From a virus, in the IMG/VR virus record IMGVR_UViG_3300020442_000011, positions 1 through 64,000 of that record: a stretch of DNA of 64,000 bases. One strand, given 5' to 3'. Below the pieces are notes generated by a model that saw nothing but the letters and a program-made list of their open reading frames with translations, was not told where the DNA came from and did no database searches. Made by a program: the position numbers and the translations under genes. How positions within the stretch are numbered: position 1 is the first letter of the stretch; each line of letters begins with the position of its first letter. Positions 10,981 through 21,214 of the stretch are shown here, one piece after another.

Positions 10981-11913
10981 ATGACAGCAAACGGGAACCC
11001 GAGTCCGGCTATCTTTAACTTCGAATTTATTAACGCGAGCGATCGAAGTATTCGTCGAAGTAATCTGCAGTGTATTTTTAATGACCAAGAAGATGACATC
11101 GATAGTCGTTTAGGGGCTTGGATTATCGAACAGTATTTTGATAAACACAACACCAAGAGCTTTAACACGCATCGTTATTTCGATAACAATACCAGAACAT
11201 CAACGGGATATCTTTTTATCATTAACAGCATGGGCTCCATTGGACGCATGCGCTCTCTGATCGAACGGTCTATTTTTACGGTTCTAGTTAGTAATAACCC
11301 ATTTCACCGGTTATTGATTGAAAAGCTCGCAGATGAATTCCCTGATGATAAGTTCCGTTATATCTACGATGTGAAGTCATCAGTACCTGATCTTGTTAAC
11401 AGACTATTTAAACGCCAAAAGCATTTCCCTTTACTCGACATTCTGGAAACTCGACTAAAAGATCCCATGTTTAGAAAACACTTCGTTACAGGGATGTCCT
11501 CTAAGACAACAGGGTTTTTGACCTTTAAGAGCATGAATAAGAACCCCGATGAGGTTGAGAGGGTTTTTAAATTAGGTAAAGACCTTAACCGACGGGTTAA
11601 AGAAGCGTGGGCTGTTATTGAACCTAACCTAGAAACGAAAACAGGTAGTCTAGAAACGTGTGGGTTAACCATACCTGTGATTGAGACTCCTAAGCCTTAT
11701 CTCAAAAGAGGACTCGCCAAGCGCTTTCTTATAACTTCCAACAAGCCTGTTGTAGGCGTTGTATTTGGAAGCCAAGGAAACACACATGTTTATTTGTTAT
11801 CGTCCGATGGTGGACGCGATATGGAGTCTATAGGAGTATCCTTCGGAGGTACGGGTGATCACAACCATTGCCAGTTCAAAATAGAAGACGTAGACGTCAA
11901 GGAATTCTTTTGA
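10981..11913 (+). CDS. Degenerate DHH/DHHA1-like phosphoesterase-family protein
   Basis: DDIDSRLGAWII resembles DHH motif I and C-terminal FGGTGD resembles DHHA1 FGGGGH. No intact DHH triad. Confidence 0.4.
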   Translation: MTANGNPSPAIFNFEFINASDRSIRRSNLQCIFNDQEDDIDSRLGAWIIEQYFDKHNTKSFNTHRYFDNNTRTSTGYLFIINSMGSIGRMRSLIERSIFTVLVSNNPFHRLLIEKLADEFPDDKFRYIYDVKSSVPDLVNRLFKRQKHFPLLDILETRLKDPMFRKHFVTGMSSKTTGFLTFKSMNKNPDEVERVFKLGKDLNRRVKEAWAVIEPNLETKTGSLETCGLTIPVIETPKPYLKRGLAKRFLITSNKPVVGVVFGSQGNTHVYLLSSDGGRDMESIGVSFGGTGDHNHCQFKIEDVDVKEFF

Positions 11914-11946
11914 AAGATTGTGGCGATACAATCGATTAAAACAAAC

Positions 11947-11977
11947 TATAGTCCGCCCTAAAATGGGGCGGACTATA
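11947..11977 (+). terminator. Hairpin terminator
   Basis: TATAGTCCGCCC...GGGCGGACTATA followed by a T-rich run. Confidence 0.7.
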
Positions 11978-11987
11978 TATTTTAACA

Positions 11988-11997
11988 TCTATATTAC
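11988..11997 (+). promoter_or_regulatory. Early (virion RNAP) promoter motif
   Basis: TCTATATTAC contains the phiKZ early consensus TATATTAC, 40 nt upstream of the 12038 gene. Confidence 0.65.
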
Positions 11998-12037
11998 CAA
12001 CACGTAATACCAAAACCTAATTACTAAGGAGCGTCTC

Positions 12038-12670
12038 ATGTTAAGTGATCTTTTCTACAGTCTGAAAACACTGATCCAACTTTTCTACCTGTGTTGGAAA
12101 AACAAAGTGTCGGGGTTGAAATATCCTCTTGTCAACCACATCGAAGGGGGTTTCTATTTTTACGACACTAAAAAGGAAGTCAACAACCTCCTTTTTAATT
12201 TACTAAAAGAAAATCCCATCTACCAAAAAGTTATAAAACCGCATTTCGGTAATACACCACTCATTGTAGTGGCAAGCATCAAACGAAACAAGGTCTGTAT
12301 CAGTCTATTTCGCCCTGTAAGAAGAGAAATGCAAAATGGGCTAACAACCATAGGGTCTGATTACAACAAGCCTAAAAACGCGTTTGAATTCGTTCTCAGG
12401 GATGGGTTACTGTTAAAGCCTGTTAGTAATACCCCTGAAAGTTGGACACGTAAGATCGGTTATTTCCAAGAAGACCCTGTTGCATCGTTTGAATTTGAAA
12501 TGACGGAACGTAGTCTAAGAGAGGTCGAGCATTTTATCTATATTGACTGGTACGTCCAGGAAGACACCCGTATAGAGGTTGTTCATGAAAACTTCTATGC
12601 GGTAGAGCGCCTATTTATGAATGGCGAGCTGTTCAGCTCAAGAGTAAGACCGTCTATTACTAACTTATAG
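12038..12670 (+). CDS. Hypothetical (probably early) protein
   Basis: 210-aa ORF, TAAGGAG RBS. Confidence 0.7.
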   Translation: MLSDLFYSLKTLIQLFYLCWKNKVSGLKYPLVNHIEGGFYFYDTKKEVNNLLFNLLKENPIYQKVIKPHFGNTPLIVVASIKRNKVCISLFRPVRREMQNGLTTIGSDYNKPKNAFEFVLRDGLLLKPVSNTPESWTRKIGYFQEDPVASFEFEMTERSLREVEHFIYIDWYVQEDTRIEVVHENFYAVERLFMNGELFSSRVRPSITNL

Positions 12671-12680
12671 ACGACAACAT

Positions 12681-12706
12681 AGGTCCTCCCCATTTGGGGA
12701 GGACCT
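12681..12706. terminator. Bidirectional hairpin (CCCA-TGGG family)
   Basis: AGGTCCTCCCCA-TT-TGGGGAGGACCT between convergent genes. Confidence 0.8.
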
Positions 12707-12731
12707 TATGCCGTTGCGACTTCTTTTTTTT

Positions 12732-13613
12732 TTACCGTACGATACGGGTAGCGGCGCTACGCTGAACCTGATCCACCAGGCCGTTAGCTTGTTTAGCCAC
12801 GTCCTGACTAACGTTCTCCCACCAGATGGGATTATCGTTCGGATTCATACCGGCCATGTTGATGCGCTGAAGCATCTGACGGGCAAACTGCTCAGTACCT
12901 TCAGATACGTCGGTCATTGCCGTGAACTCGACACTTAGGTCAAGTGTCTGGCCCAACTGGCTTGCATCTTTACTACCTTCATAAGGAGGTGTACCGGTGG
13001 GATACATGTTAGTACACAGCCATGCAGAAACAACCTCACGCATCGTCGGGTCGGGCTCAATGTAAAGAACCGTCGCACCGTAGAACGTTTGGTTGTAGTC
13101 ACGCACCGCATCTTGGGTAAATGAAGGCAGTGTAGTAATTAGCGGTACCTTCGTATTAGCGTCCGCAATACCCCACTCGATCCACCACTTCATCATCTTA
13201 GTAATGGACCGACCCTGAAGTTCCCAGCAACCATGTGTCGGGCTAGATGTAGCACGTGTCACGTTGGTAGCTGTCTGGATACGCTCACCGGAACCACCGA
13301 AAGGTGCTTCACCAGAATCTACCGTCAATGCCTGGTTAAGACCATCGATAGTCCGGGTATGGGTTTCGATAAATGCCTTCAAGCCCGCAACCAAACGATC
13401 GGCTTGCGGGTGATAATTGAAGAACCGTGGCGCTTCAATTAAGAAGGGAATAATGTTACGACGAACATATGGTGAGTTCGACGCAACGTTGGCAAGGTCG
13501 GGTGCGAACACCCGACTTCCTGCTTTGGCCGGATCAACGGCGTTGATAGCGCCGGACCGGTTATACATCGTCTGACCGACGAGGTGATCCTGGTGACGAC
13601 CGCGACTATCCAT
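12732..13613 (-). CDS. Tail tube protein (phiKZ gp30-like)
   Basis: 293 aa, overlaps the sheath stop codon. LYIEPDPT..VSAWLCTNMYP tube-like motif. Confidence 0.8.
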   Translation of the reverse strand: MDSRGRHQDHLVGQTMYNRSGAINAVDPAKAGSRVFAPDLANVASNSPYVRRNIIPFLIEAPRFFNYHPQADRLVAGLKAFIETHTRTIDGLNQALTVDSGEAPFGGSGERIQTATNVTRATSSPTHGCWELQGRSITKMMKWWIEWGIADANTKVPLITTLPSFTQDAVRDYNQTFYGATVLYIEPDPTMREVVSAWLCTNMYPTGTPPYEGSKDASQLGQTLDLSVEFTAMTDVSEGTEQFARQMLQRINMAGMNPNDNPIWWENVSQDVAKQANGLVDQVQRSAATRIVR

Positions 13614-15675
13614 TATTCAAATCCTCCATGCGACGCGTTTCAAGTTCAAACGTCATCACGTTGCTTGGGTTGTTACCACCGACAGTCACTTTCGTGTGCC
13701 AGCTATAACCGCGATTTTCATCCGCTGGCGTATGGTACGTTTCCGGACGAATTTCTACACGGCCGCCGTAAAGACCATTCGTTTCACGGGTGATGTGCTC
13801 ATCACACTTCTCGCGCAGCTGTCCAGGAGTAAGACGGGCGTTACCGGAGAAGTGCGCATGTGCTTTAAACACGATACGCATAATGTGACAGCAAATATCA
13901 CGAGTGATCGGAGACAGTAGAACAGACGTGTCTTCGGCGTACACAGAACGAATCGCTGGGTAATAGTTACTGCGACGATCAAACGTCGTGGAGTAAGTAC
14001 CACCATTGTCCCAAATTTCGCTGCGAGTGCGCTCGTTAATGTACGGAGTACTGAGACGGTTAACTACTTCTGTAACGTTGTTCGGGTACTCGTCGATATG
14101 TGCGTCTTCACGCAGAATACCATCGGCAGCACCAGCAAACTTCGCCCACTTGTCCAGATAGTCCAGCAGCTGGGGTACAGGTTTAGAGTAACCACCCTCT
14201 GCGAGACGACCGGTTTGAAGTACGATGTCTGCACGACAAACGGCGGTACCAAACAGGATGGATTCCGGGAACGCGCGTAGACGAACCATGAGAGAGCGAG
14301 TACGAGACACTTCCTCACTCAGGGTCGGTGCACGGTTCTCAGCAGCAATAAACGGCGTAAAGCGAACCACCATATCCGGACGTTTTGCCAGGACTTGCAT
14401 CATGGCATACTTACCATCCATCGTGAGACCTGGATCATAAAGATGACCGAATTGGTAACGATTGATGTCTTCGTACTGGTCGCCCAACTCACCGAAGTTC
14501 AGAACTTGACGTACGAACAGTTGTTCGTAAGTAGCCAGGTCTACCGTGCCGTCTTTACCACCACCTGCGTAGATGACAGTATCGGAACCGAGTTTGACAC
14601 CTCCCATCATCGGACCTTCAAGTTCCAATGCATGGTGTCCGTCACCGTTAATATCCACCGCAGTGAATAGATCGATATGGCCAGGACCTTTTACCGTTTC
14701 GGAAGCCAGTGGGTTAACCGCTACTTCCGCGTCATAGATCAGCTCTTGTAGCGCATCGATGTTTTCTTGGTACACGAAGATCTGACTGAACGGAGAGAAA
14801 CGCGGCTCAAAGCCACTGTCGATACCATCGTCTTCGTAATGGTCAATCAACACGTCAGGTGCGTAATATTCAAGGTCAGACGACTGACTGAAAACACCAG
14901 GTGTGAAACAGATATCGACGTAATCTTCATCACGGATAGTTTTCACAGTCACTGGGGTTGTATCGGTCGTCGTTTTACGCTTAAACATAATACGATATAA
15001 ACGCGTTACGAAGGCGTCAACGGTTTCTTCATCAAACGGAATGTTGTCCGCTGTGGTGACAGGCCACATGGAAAGGCCATTTAGGTTACCACCTTCACCG
15101 AAGAAAGACGCGGGCATTTCGAAAAGCGGGTAAAGCTTCGACTGCGTACCGTCGCGATTAGATGCGAAAGAACCATCCAATACCTTCATGCTGCCGACGG
15201 CGTTCATGTTGTCGTTAACAACCACGATACGTCCACGGTAACCTGCGACTGTTTCGGTTTGTGGAGGAAGCTCGTTACCTTCTTCATCCACGTATTCAAA
15301 ACCGGGGATCTGTTCGATGGTGCGTTCTAGGTCGTCTTCGACAATGTCGATACAGACGGTTACACGAGCTTCGTTACCTGCGTCATCCGGACGAAGACGC
15401 TTGACATAGAAGCCGTTACCGCGAGAAAGAAGACGTTCTGCATACATGGATTGCAGGTTGAAGTATTTACCACGGCGGTTAAGAGACTCAGCACCATAAA
15501 TGGCGGTGAAGTCACTTCCCACGAATGTGGTTTCCTCAGGACCGGTTTCCGTCAGCAAGTAAAGCAGAGGCGTATGCTGAGCGAACGTTTCCGGTAGAGG
15601 AGTATTCTGGCGAGTCGAGAGATCATTGATACCGTTGAAAATGACTCTCGGTGCCGCATTTTTCATATTACTCAT
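13606..15675 (-). CDS. Contractile tail sheath protein (phiKZ gp29-like)
   Basis: 689 aa, size and position divergent from the baseplate/terminase block, sheath-like C-terminus (YYPAIRSVY..DTSVL). Confidence 0.85.
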   Translation of the reverse strand: MSNMKNAAPRVIFNGINDLSTRQNTPLPETFAQHTPLLYLLTETGPEETTFVGSDFTAIYGAESLNRRGKYFNLQSMYAERLLSRGNGFYVKRLRPDDAGNEARVTVCIDIVEDDLERTIEQIPGFEYVDEEGNELPPQTETVAGYRGRIVVVNDNMNAVGSMKVLDGSFASNRDGTQSKLYPLFEMPASFFGEGGNLNGLSMWPVTTADNIPFDEETVDAFVTRLYRIMFKRKTTTDTTPVTVKTIRDEDYVDICFTPGVFSQSSDLEYYAPDVLIDHYEDDGIDSGFEPRFSPFSQIFVYQENIDALQELIYDAEVAVNPLASETVKGPGHIDLFTAVDINGDGHHALELEGPMMGGVKLGSDTVIYAGGGKDGTVDLATYEQLFVRQVLNFGELGDQYEDINRYQFGHLYDPGLTMDGKYAMMQVLAKRPDMVVRFTPFIAAENRAPTLSEEVSRTRSLMVRLRAFPESILFGTAVCRADIVLQTGRLAEGGYSKPVPQLLDYLDKWAKFAGAADGILREDAHIDEYPNNVTEVVNRLSTPYINERTRSEIWDNGGTYSTTFDRRSNYYPAIRSVYAEDTSVLLSPITRDICCHIMRIVFKAHAHFSGNARLTPGQLREKCDEHITRETNGLYGGRVEIRPETYHTPADENRGYSWHTKVTVGGNNPSNVMTFELETRRMEDLNNG

Positions 15676-15795
15676 GCGGTGTTACTCCTGTGACTTTCTT
15701 AGGAAAAGACGATGATATGATTTGAACAAGCGGTTGATACCATAACATTGTTCGGTTGTTATCCCTATGATACATAAAACACTGAGGTACCATAT

Positions 15796-16713
15796 ATGAT
15801 TAATTCAATTTACGACGCTAAAATTTTGCAGGTTTACAACCACAAGCGGATCATGAGTCAGATCCTAAAGCATGCGGTTTATCAACCTTACGAACAAATG
15901 ACCACACCATCTGGACGACGGCTTACAAAGGCGGTGATGGTGGTTCCTTCGGATGAGTATGATACGTTACCTTCTTTTACACAGCCTATCAACATGAATG
16001 AAGGCACCAACAAGGAACCGTTGTGGGTAGTGGATGGACGTCCTTTCCTACGTAACGGTACACCTCCTGTTTACGTAGCTAAGAACGACTGGACGTTCCA
16101 ATGTGTGCGTTTAACCCTCATCCAAGCAATGGAGGATGGCGCAATTCAACCTGTACGTTTAGGTATGTTACCTGCGAAAGTGTTTAGTCGCTGGATTGTC
16201 CAGTCGCTATCACAACGCTTTAATCTCGACATGTCAACCCAGATGACGGTGAGTGTCATTTGCGCACTTTATTATTTCCAGATGATGAGTAAAGAACCAT
16301 TAGCGTTAGAGAACTTCGAATCTTACGCCAGCCATGTGAGTAATATTACCGGGGTTCCTCGTGACAGTGTAGTGACAACGCTGGAAGGTTTAAATAAGCT
16401 TCCTCATAACATCGACACAATGATCGATGCTATTAAGACATCTACGCAAAACGTACGCCTGAAAGATCTCAACTTCACCACATTGTTCATGGTGCTGTCG
16501 ATGTCTTGGATCGGTGTTCATAGTCGAGAGAATATCGGGCTGGCATTAGAGCACGGTCCTACTTTCTTAGCAATGGTTTATTCTGCCGGGGATGATCGTT
16601 CTTATCGTAAAACCGTCATCACGCGCCATGTTGAAAACGCAGGTCGACCTGCTGACGTTGATGCGTTCTTAAAATATGTTTCTCGTCTGGTTATGTCTTA
16701 CTACGCCGATTAA
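15796..16713 (+). CDS. Virion structural protein (phiKZ gp28-like)
   Basis: 305 aa, GAGG RBS, synteny. Confidence 0.6.
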   Translation: MINSIYDAKILQVYNHKRIMSQILKHAVYQPYEQMTTPSGRRLTKAVMVVPSDEYDTLPSFTQPINMNEGTNKEPLWVVDGRPFLRNGTPPVYVAKNDWTFQCVRLTLIQAMEDGAIQPVRLGMLPAKVFSRWIVQSLSQRFNLDMSTQMTVSVICALYYFQMMSKEPLALENFESYASHVSNITGVPRDSVVTTLEGLNKLPHNIDTMIDAIKTSTQNVRLKDLNFTTLFMVLSMSWIGVHSRENIGLALEHGPTFLAMVYSAGDDRSYRKTVITRHVENAGRPADVDAFLKYVSRLVMSYYAD

Positions 16714-16722
16714 GGGGACGTT

Positions 16723-19389
16723 ATGAATAACGCGCTTCTTCACCACGCCATCGATAACGTTTGGTGTAGTCCGGGTCAAGACCGTCAATACGTGTGGAAG
16801 TTAGTTAATCTATCACCCACACTCAGTATTCGGAATGTCTACCTGGACTTCTACGAAAGAATTCCGTTACCCACCAAAAACGATTATTACCACATCTACC
16901 AAATTGGGAAGATGCATCCAGGTACGCTGGGTATCCCTAAGCGGACACGCACATGGATGTCTTTATCCTACTTAATGAAAACACATCTTTTGTTTAGTGA
17001 TGTGTACACGTCAAGTGGAATACAATTTCCAAGAGGCGATGCTTGGGTATGGTTCACGCCCACAGGCAATATGCTCGTAGCCGTAAAAGAGAACCGTCGC
17101 ATCCAATCACTGTACGGGCAAGACCTTTTCTTGCGGGTTTACTCCAACGCGTTCTTCGATAGTCCTAGGGCTAATGGACGCCGTGAGATTATCCACAAAC
17201 AAATAACAGTGACGGATCGCGACCAGCTTCTTTTCTTCCAGCGTGAGCTTGCCGACATTGTTGACGAGAAAGGAGGATTTCCTTTTTACTTTGTTAACGG
17301 TCGTTTTGTTAAGAATATTTCTCTGGTCACAGCAGGGGAGAATGACGTTTGTGAATTCATCCTTGATCGTTCTATTAAGAAAATGGTTGAGTTTAATGTT
17401 AACGAACTCCCTGTTTTCCTTAGTAAGAAAGACCGGATGAACAAATACCTTCTCCATTACAACGCTAATGGAGAAGAGGCGGTCATTGACTATGCCGACG
17501 ATATTGACGGGTATTTAATTGACCCTAAAATAGGTGAACGGTTTATGGGAGTACATTACCATAAAAACCGTAAAGAATGGTTGAGGATGTTGACCCATAA
17601 AGACTACAGCATTCCCGTGTCAAGATTGGTCGAATTCGTTAATGTTCACCCAACCGATCCCCGCCACCAGGTAGAACCTGGGCGTTGGCCTGAAGATAAA
17701 TGGTCCGATCCCACCACAAAACGTTTACGCCTATATATCCGTGATAGCGGGTATCACCGCCCTTTAACAACGGTCGCACCACGTATCCAGGAACTTTACC
17801 GTTTGGATGACCAACAGATTGTCAGAGCTATGCTTGAAATTGATGGCACTGTCGATGTGTGGAAGGCAGAAAACCTAGAAATGTCCGATTACGTGACATT
17901 GATGGGGATGAAGCAAGACTTGCTAATCACTGCGGCTTATAACGACCCGGATGTACCAACCACTAAGAAGCAAGAACTTGAAGATCTAGTAGGTAACGCT
18001 TACGGCTATCATGCAGCGGCAAGCATCCTCGCTGACACCCCTACAAAAGTCTATGTTGATTCAGGTGTAAAATACGCAGACCTTGCTTATGAACACCAAA
18101 ACACATCGACGGTTTTCGAGTATGATGTTAATGGCCTACTGATCGATTGGTATTATCACTCATCAGGCACCCGCTGGGAAGTTAAGAACTCATCTTGTGT
18201 TCTGGTGGAGGCTATTGCGGGACACGGTCATTTCAGAGCGAAAACCTACGAAGGAACAGATGATGTCTACATCCCAGAAGGTTTTAATTTCCGTGTCTAT
18301 GTAAAAGACAAAGAATTTAATACGCCGTTGGGAGAATGGAAAGATGTCACATTCACCACTGACGCTACAGATTGGGGATTTCACGATAAAGAGAACAACC
18401 TCTGGCGTTGGAGGAAACCGCCAAGTCAGTTCCTGGGTGCTGTTCGTATTGATAATGAATTCCTTTGCTACGAATTCCCATTAATCAAAAGTGACGGTCA
18501 TCTTAGGTTTACAGTGGAACGTGAGATCCTCAATAATGATGGGTACTGGGGATCTATCACGGTAGACATACCCTACGGTCAGCTTGATCTTTTCCTTAAT
18601 GGTCGTCAGTTAGCTGAGACTATAGATTATCAAGTGCATTGGCCCGAAATCGTCATTAACAATCTGGAATATTTGAAGGAAGAAGATACCCAGACCGTTC
18701 TTGTTCGCCTATCTGGATTTGCGGAATCACCTACAGAAAGACAGTCACTCACCGAAGTTGGATTTATTCGTAGGGGCGTTCTTTCCCGTAACGACTCTTA
18801 CGATATCCATACTAGTAAAGTGAAACGCATTGTAGCCGACGGACGTATGTTCCACCGCGACGATGTTGTGTTTGACGAACAAGTGAGTAACTTCACAATC
18901 GATTCGGTTAAGAATGGAAAACCGTATTTCATCCAAACTCCTTCTGTCGTTTTTAGAGAAGTCTTTGAAAACGATAAGGCTGCTCGTCTGAAGGATGATG
19001 AGATCCACCGGCAGGTGAGTAACTACATGACCGAACATTTTGGTCTTAAGCAGTACGATGATCCCAATATGATCGAAAGAAAATACCAGGTCATCTCTGT
19101 TTTTACCAATAAGTTACTTCATGATCTCAAGATGGGGTGGTTTTACCCTGATGGGATAGAAGGTAACTACGGTCAGCACGATATTCGTCAGTGGTGTAAA
19201 AACTACGAATGGCTTGTAAAATACGATATTGCTAATACGGACTACGACACGTTCCATTTAAACGTTCGTCCTCATTGGCATGAGCGACCTGTCGATATTG
19301 ATTTGTTCAAATATCGTTTCCTACATCGTGCGTTAGAAACCTACCTACGACATCCACCCGACTTATCTATCTACGTCACCATTAGTTAG
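16723..19389 (+). CDS. Large virion/baseplate structural protein (phiKZ gp27-like)
   Basis: 888 aa, N-terminal NVWCSP.QDRQ, synteny. Confidence 0.7.
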   Translation: MNNALLHHAIDNVWCSPGQDRQYVWKLVNLSPTLSIRNVYLDFYERIPLPTKNDYYHIYQIGKMHPGTLGIPKRTRTWMSLSYLMKTHLLFSDVYTSSGIQFPRGDAWVWFTPTGNMLVAVKENRRIQSLYGQDLFLRVYSNAFFDSPRANGRREIIHKQITVTDRDQLLFFQRELADIVDEKGGFPFYFVNGRFVKNISLVTAGENDVCEFILDRSIKKMVEFNVNELPVFLSKKDRMNKYLLHYNANGEEAVIDYADDIDGYLIDPKIGERFMGVHYHKNRKEWLRMLTHKDYSIPVSRLVEFVNVHPTDPRHQVEPGRWPEDKWSDPTTKRLRLYIRDSGYHRPLTTVAPRIQELYRLDDQQIVRAMLEIDGTVDVWKAENLEMSDYVTLMGMKQDLLITAAYNDPDVPTTKKQELEDLVGNAYGYHAAASILADTPTKVYVDSGVKYADLAYEHQNTSTVFEYDVNGLLIDWYYHSSGTRWEVKNSSCVLVEAIAGHGHFRAKTYEGTDDVYIPEGFNFRVYVKDKEFNTPLGEWKDVTFTTDATDWGFHDKENNLWRWRKPPSQFLGAVRIDNEFLCYEFPLIKSDGHLRFTVEREILNNDGYWGSITVDIPYGQLDLFLNGRQLAETIDYQVHWPEIVINNLEYLKEEDTQTVLVRLSGFAESPTERQSLTEVGFIRRGVLSRNDSYDIHTSKVKRIVADGRMFHRDDVVFDEQVSNFTIDSVKNGKPYFIQTPSVVFREVFENDKAARLKDDEIHRQVSNYMTEHFGLKQYDDPNMIERKYQVISVFTNKLLHDLKMGWFYPDGIEGNYGQHDIRQWCKNYEWLVKYDIANTDYDTFHLNVRPHWHERPVDIDLFKYRFLHRALETYLRHPPDLSIYVTIS

Positions 19390-19401
19390 AGGTAAAGTTA
19401 C

Positions 19402-21126
19402 ATGAGTGATATTAATAACGATACAATCAACGATTTGTATCGCGATCCAGATCGGGGATTTAAAGTCTGGCACCGTGATGAACTCCCCGAATCCACTGTA
19501 GTGAGTGATAACGGCACTCGAGTACCTATTGAAGAAGAACCTCGAACTACTACAGGTAAGCACGTCCCTAATGTCAAAGACCTTGTTATTGACTTCTATC
19601 TCGGATGGCTTATTGTAATCGAAGTGGATTACAGCACTGGTTACAGCGTGCTTATGCCATGGAACCCCGCTAAAGAGATCGAGGTGCCGGACGACGAAGA
19701 TCCATTGATTGCTCTACACCCAGGACCGCCACGGGAATCCTTCCGTATCTTCCTGGATACATCGGTTACGCCGTTTACACTATCAGTGGACTCATCGTTT
19801 ACTTTACCCGGTTCGATGGTAGATTCGTACCGTATCTTTTTAGGTACTGACATCAACCCTGACACAGGTACATGTATCAGTCAGTTTATCGATGGTGGTG
19901 GTAATTTCTTGGGTACGGCCGTACCTTTAGAAAGTGTTAGTGTCCCTGGAGCGACTACGTCTACCATTAAAGTTCCGTTAACCGGTTACACCACCGAACG
20001 AATGGATGATGGAGAAACCGTATCGCTGGCTGCTTACAGCGATGATGGTTCTTTGGTATACCGAACTACGCTTGTAGTGATCAACACAGCTCTCTCACGT
20101 TCGAACGATGTTGCTCGCCGTTATATCAAAGGCATTCAGCTCGAGTCTCCGTTCTTAAGTAGTGCCGATCCACAAACTATTGAGTTCCCGCTCAATGTGG
20201 CTGTGGAGTCGTTACCGATGTATGCAACGGTGCATTATCATAATGGCGACCGTATTCGTTATCCCATCGACGATACGAAATTCTTCTTGTTTGGTCGAAA
20301 AGAATACATTGCCACAACAGTGGGGCAGAAGTTCCCCATGACGCTGGCGTATGTATTAAGTGATGACGAAGTCAGCTACATGGAAGTCCCCACTGCTAAT
20401 CGCCGTATCACTAAGAGCTACCAGGCATTAACAACCACCGTTGATGGTTCTTATGAAGTCAAGCTGTACGTTTATCCCCAATGGGTCAATCCCACCGTGG
20501 GCTATCGTCTTGTCTATTGGCTTTATAATCTCGATCGTCAAACGTACTACGATGTCACTTCGTTGATTGAAATCGGTACTAATTCACCACCGTTTGAACC
20601 ACTACTGTACGGTACAACACAACGTATCACAGTGGCCATCGATCTCAACCGCGTCGATAACATCTTTGCTCCTTATCGTCATGTGCAAACGTTCCAACTT
20701 GCATTGCTTGGACGTGGGGATATGGCTGGGGATATCTGGCAGGTATTCTTCACAAGTGAACAGAGCCAAGGATTCGGTCGAGGTTTATCAGCCACTGTAG
20801 AATATTTGAATACCAATGATTGGAAGTTGTACCTAAGTAATGGTTATCCTGGTATTGGTCCTTGGACGCGCGCGATGTTTGAAGCTATCGAACCGTTGTA
20901 CGACCAACGGAGAGAGGTGGAAGCACCGAAACCAACACACTTCCTTCTGCGATTCAAGAACAACACCTACGAGTTCCCAATCGAATCATGGGGTGATGAT
21001 TTGATTGTTAATAACGATCTCAATGAAGGTGAACTTCTTTATATCCATTGGATTAACAAAGGATATTCTGAAGATCTTCAGTTAGGTGTGACGGCACTAC
21101 CTATTCGTCAAATCACCGCCGTATAG
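19402..21126 (+). CDS. Virion/baseplate structural protein (phiKZ gp26-like)
   Basis: 574 aa beta-rich, directly upstream of terminase. Confidence 0.65.
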   Translation: MSDINNDTINDLYRDPDRGFKVWHRDELPESTVVSDNGTRVPIEEEPRTTTGKHVPNVKDLVIDFYLGWLIVIEVDYSTGYSVLMPWNPAKEIEVPDDEDPLIALHPGPPRESFRIFLDTSVTPFTLSVDSSFTLPGSMVDSYRIFLGTDINPDTGTCISQFIDGGGNFLGTAVPLESVSVPGATTSTIKVPLTGYTTERMDDGETVSLAAYSDDGSLVYRTTLVVINTALSRSNDVARRYIKGIQLESPFLSSADPQTIEFPLNVAVESLPMYATVHYHNGDRIRYPIDDTKFFLFGRKEYIATTVGQKFPMTLAYVLSDDEVSYMEVPTANRRITKSYQALTTTVDGSYEVKLYVYPQWVNPTVGYRLVYWLYNLDRQTYYDVTSLIEIGTNSPPFEPLLYGTTQRITVAIDLNRVDNIFAPYRHVQTFQLALLGRGDMAGDIWQVFFTSEQSQGFGRGLSATVEYLNTNDWKLYLSNGYPGIGPWTRAMFEAIEPLYDQRREVEAPKPTHFLLRFKNNTYEFPIESWGDDLIVNNDLNEGELLYIHWINKGYSEDLQLGVTALPIRQITAV

Positions 21127-21132
21127 CGGTTC

Positions 21133-21162
21133 TAAGCACCGTACCTTAAGGTACGGTGCTTA
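21133..21162. terminator. Perfect 30-bp palindrome
   Basis: TAAGCACCGTACCTTAAGGTACGGTGCTTA followed by TGTCG. Confidence 0.7.
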
Positions 21163-21214
21163 TGTCGTTTATTATGCTATGATAACGTATACGTCATTTT
21201 AAGGGCATTTTATC

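Noticed and set aside
13581-13590. Second GAGGTGATCC match
   Set aside because: Only 10 nt, antisense within the tail tube coding sequence, compatible with chance.
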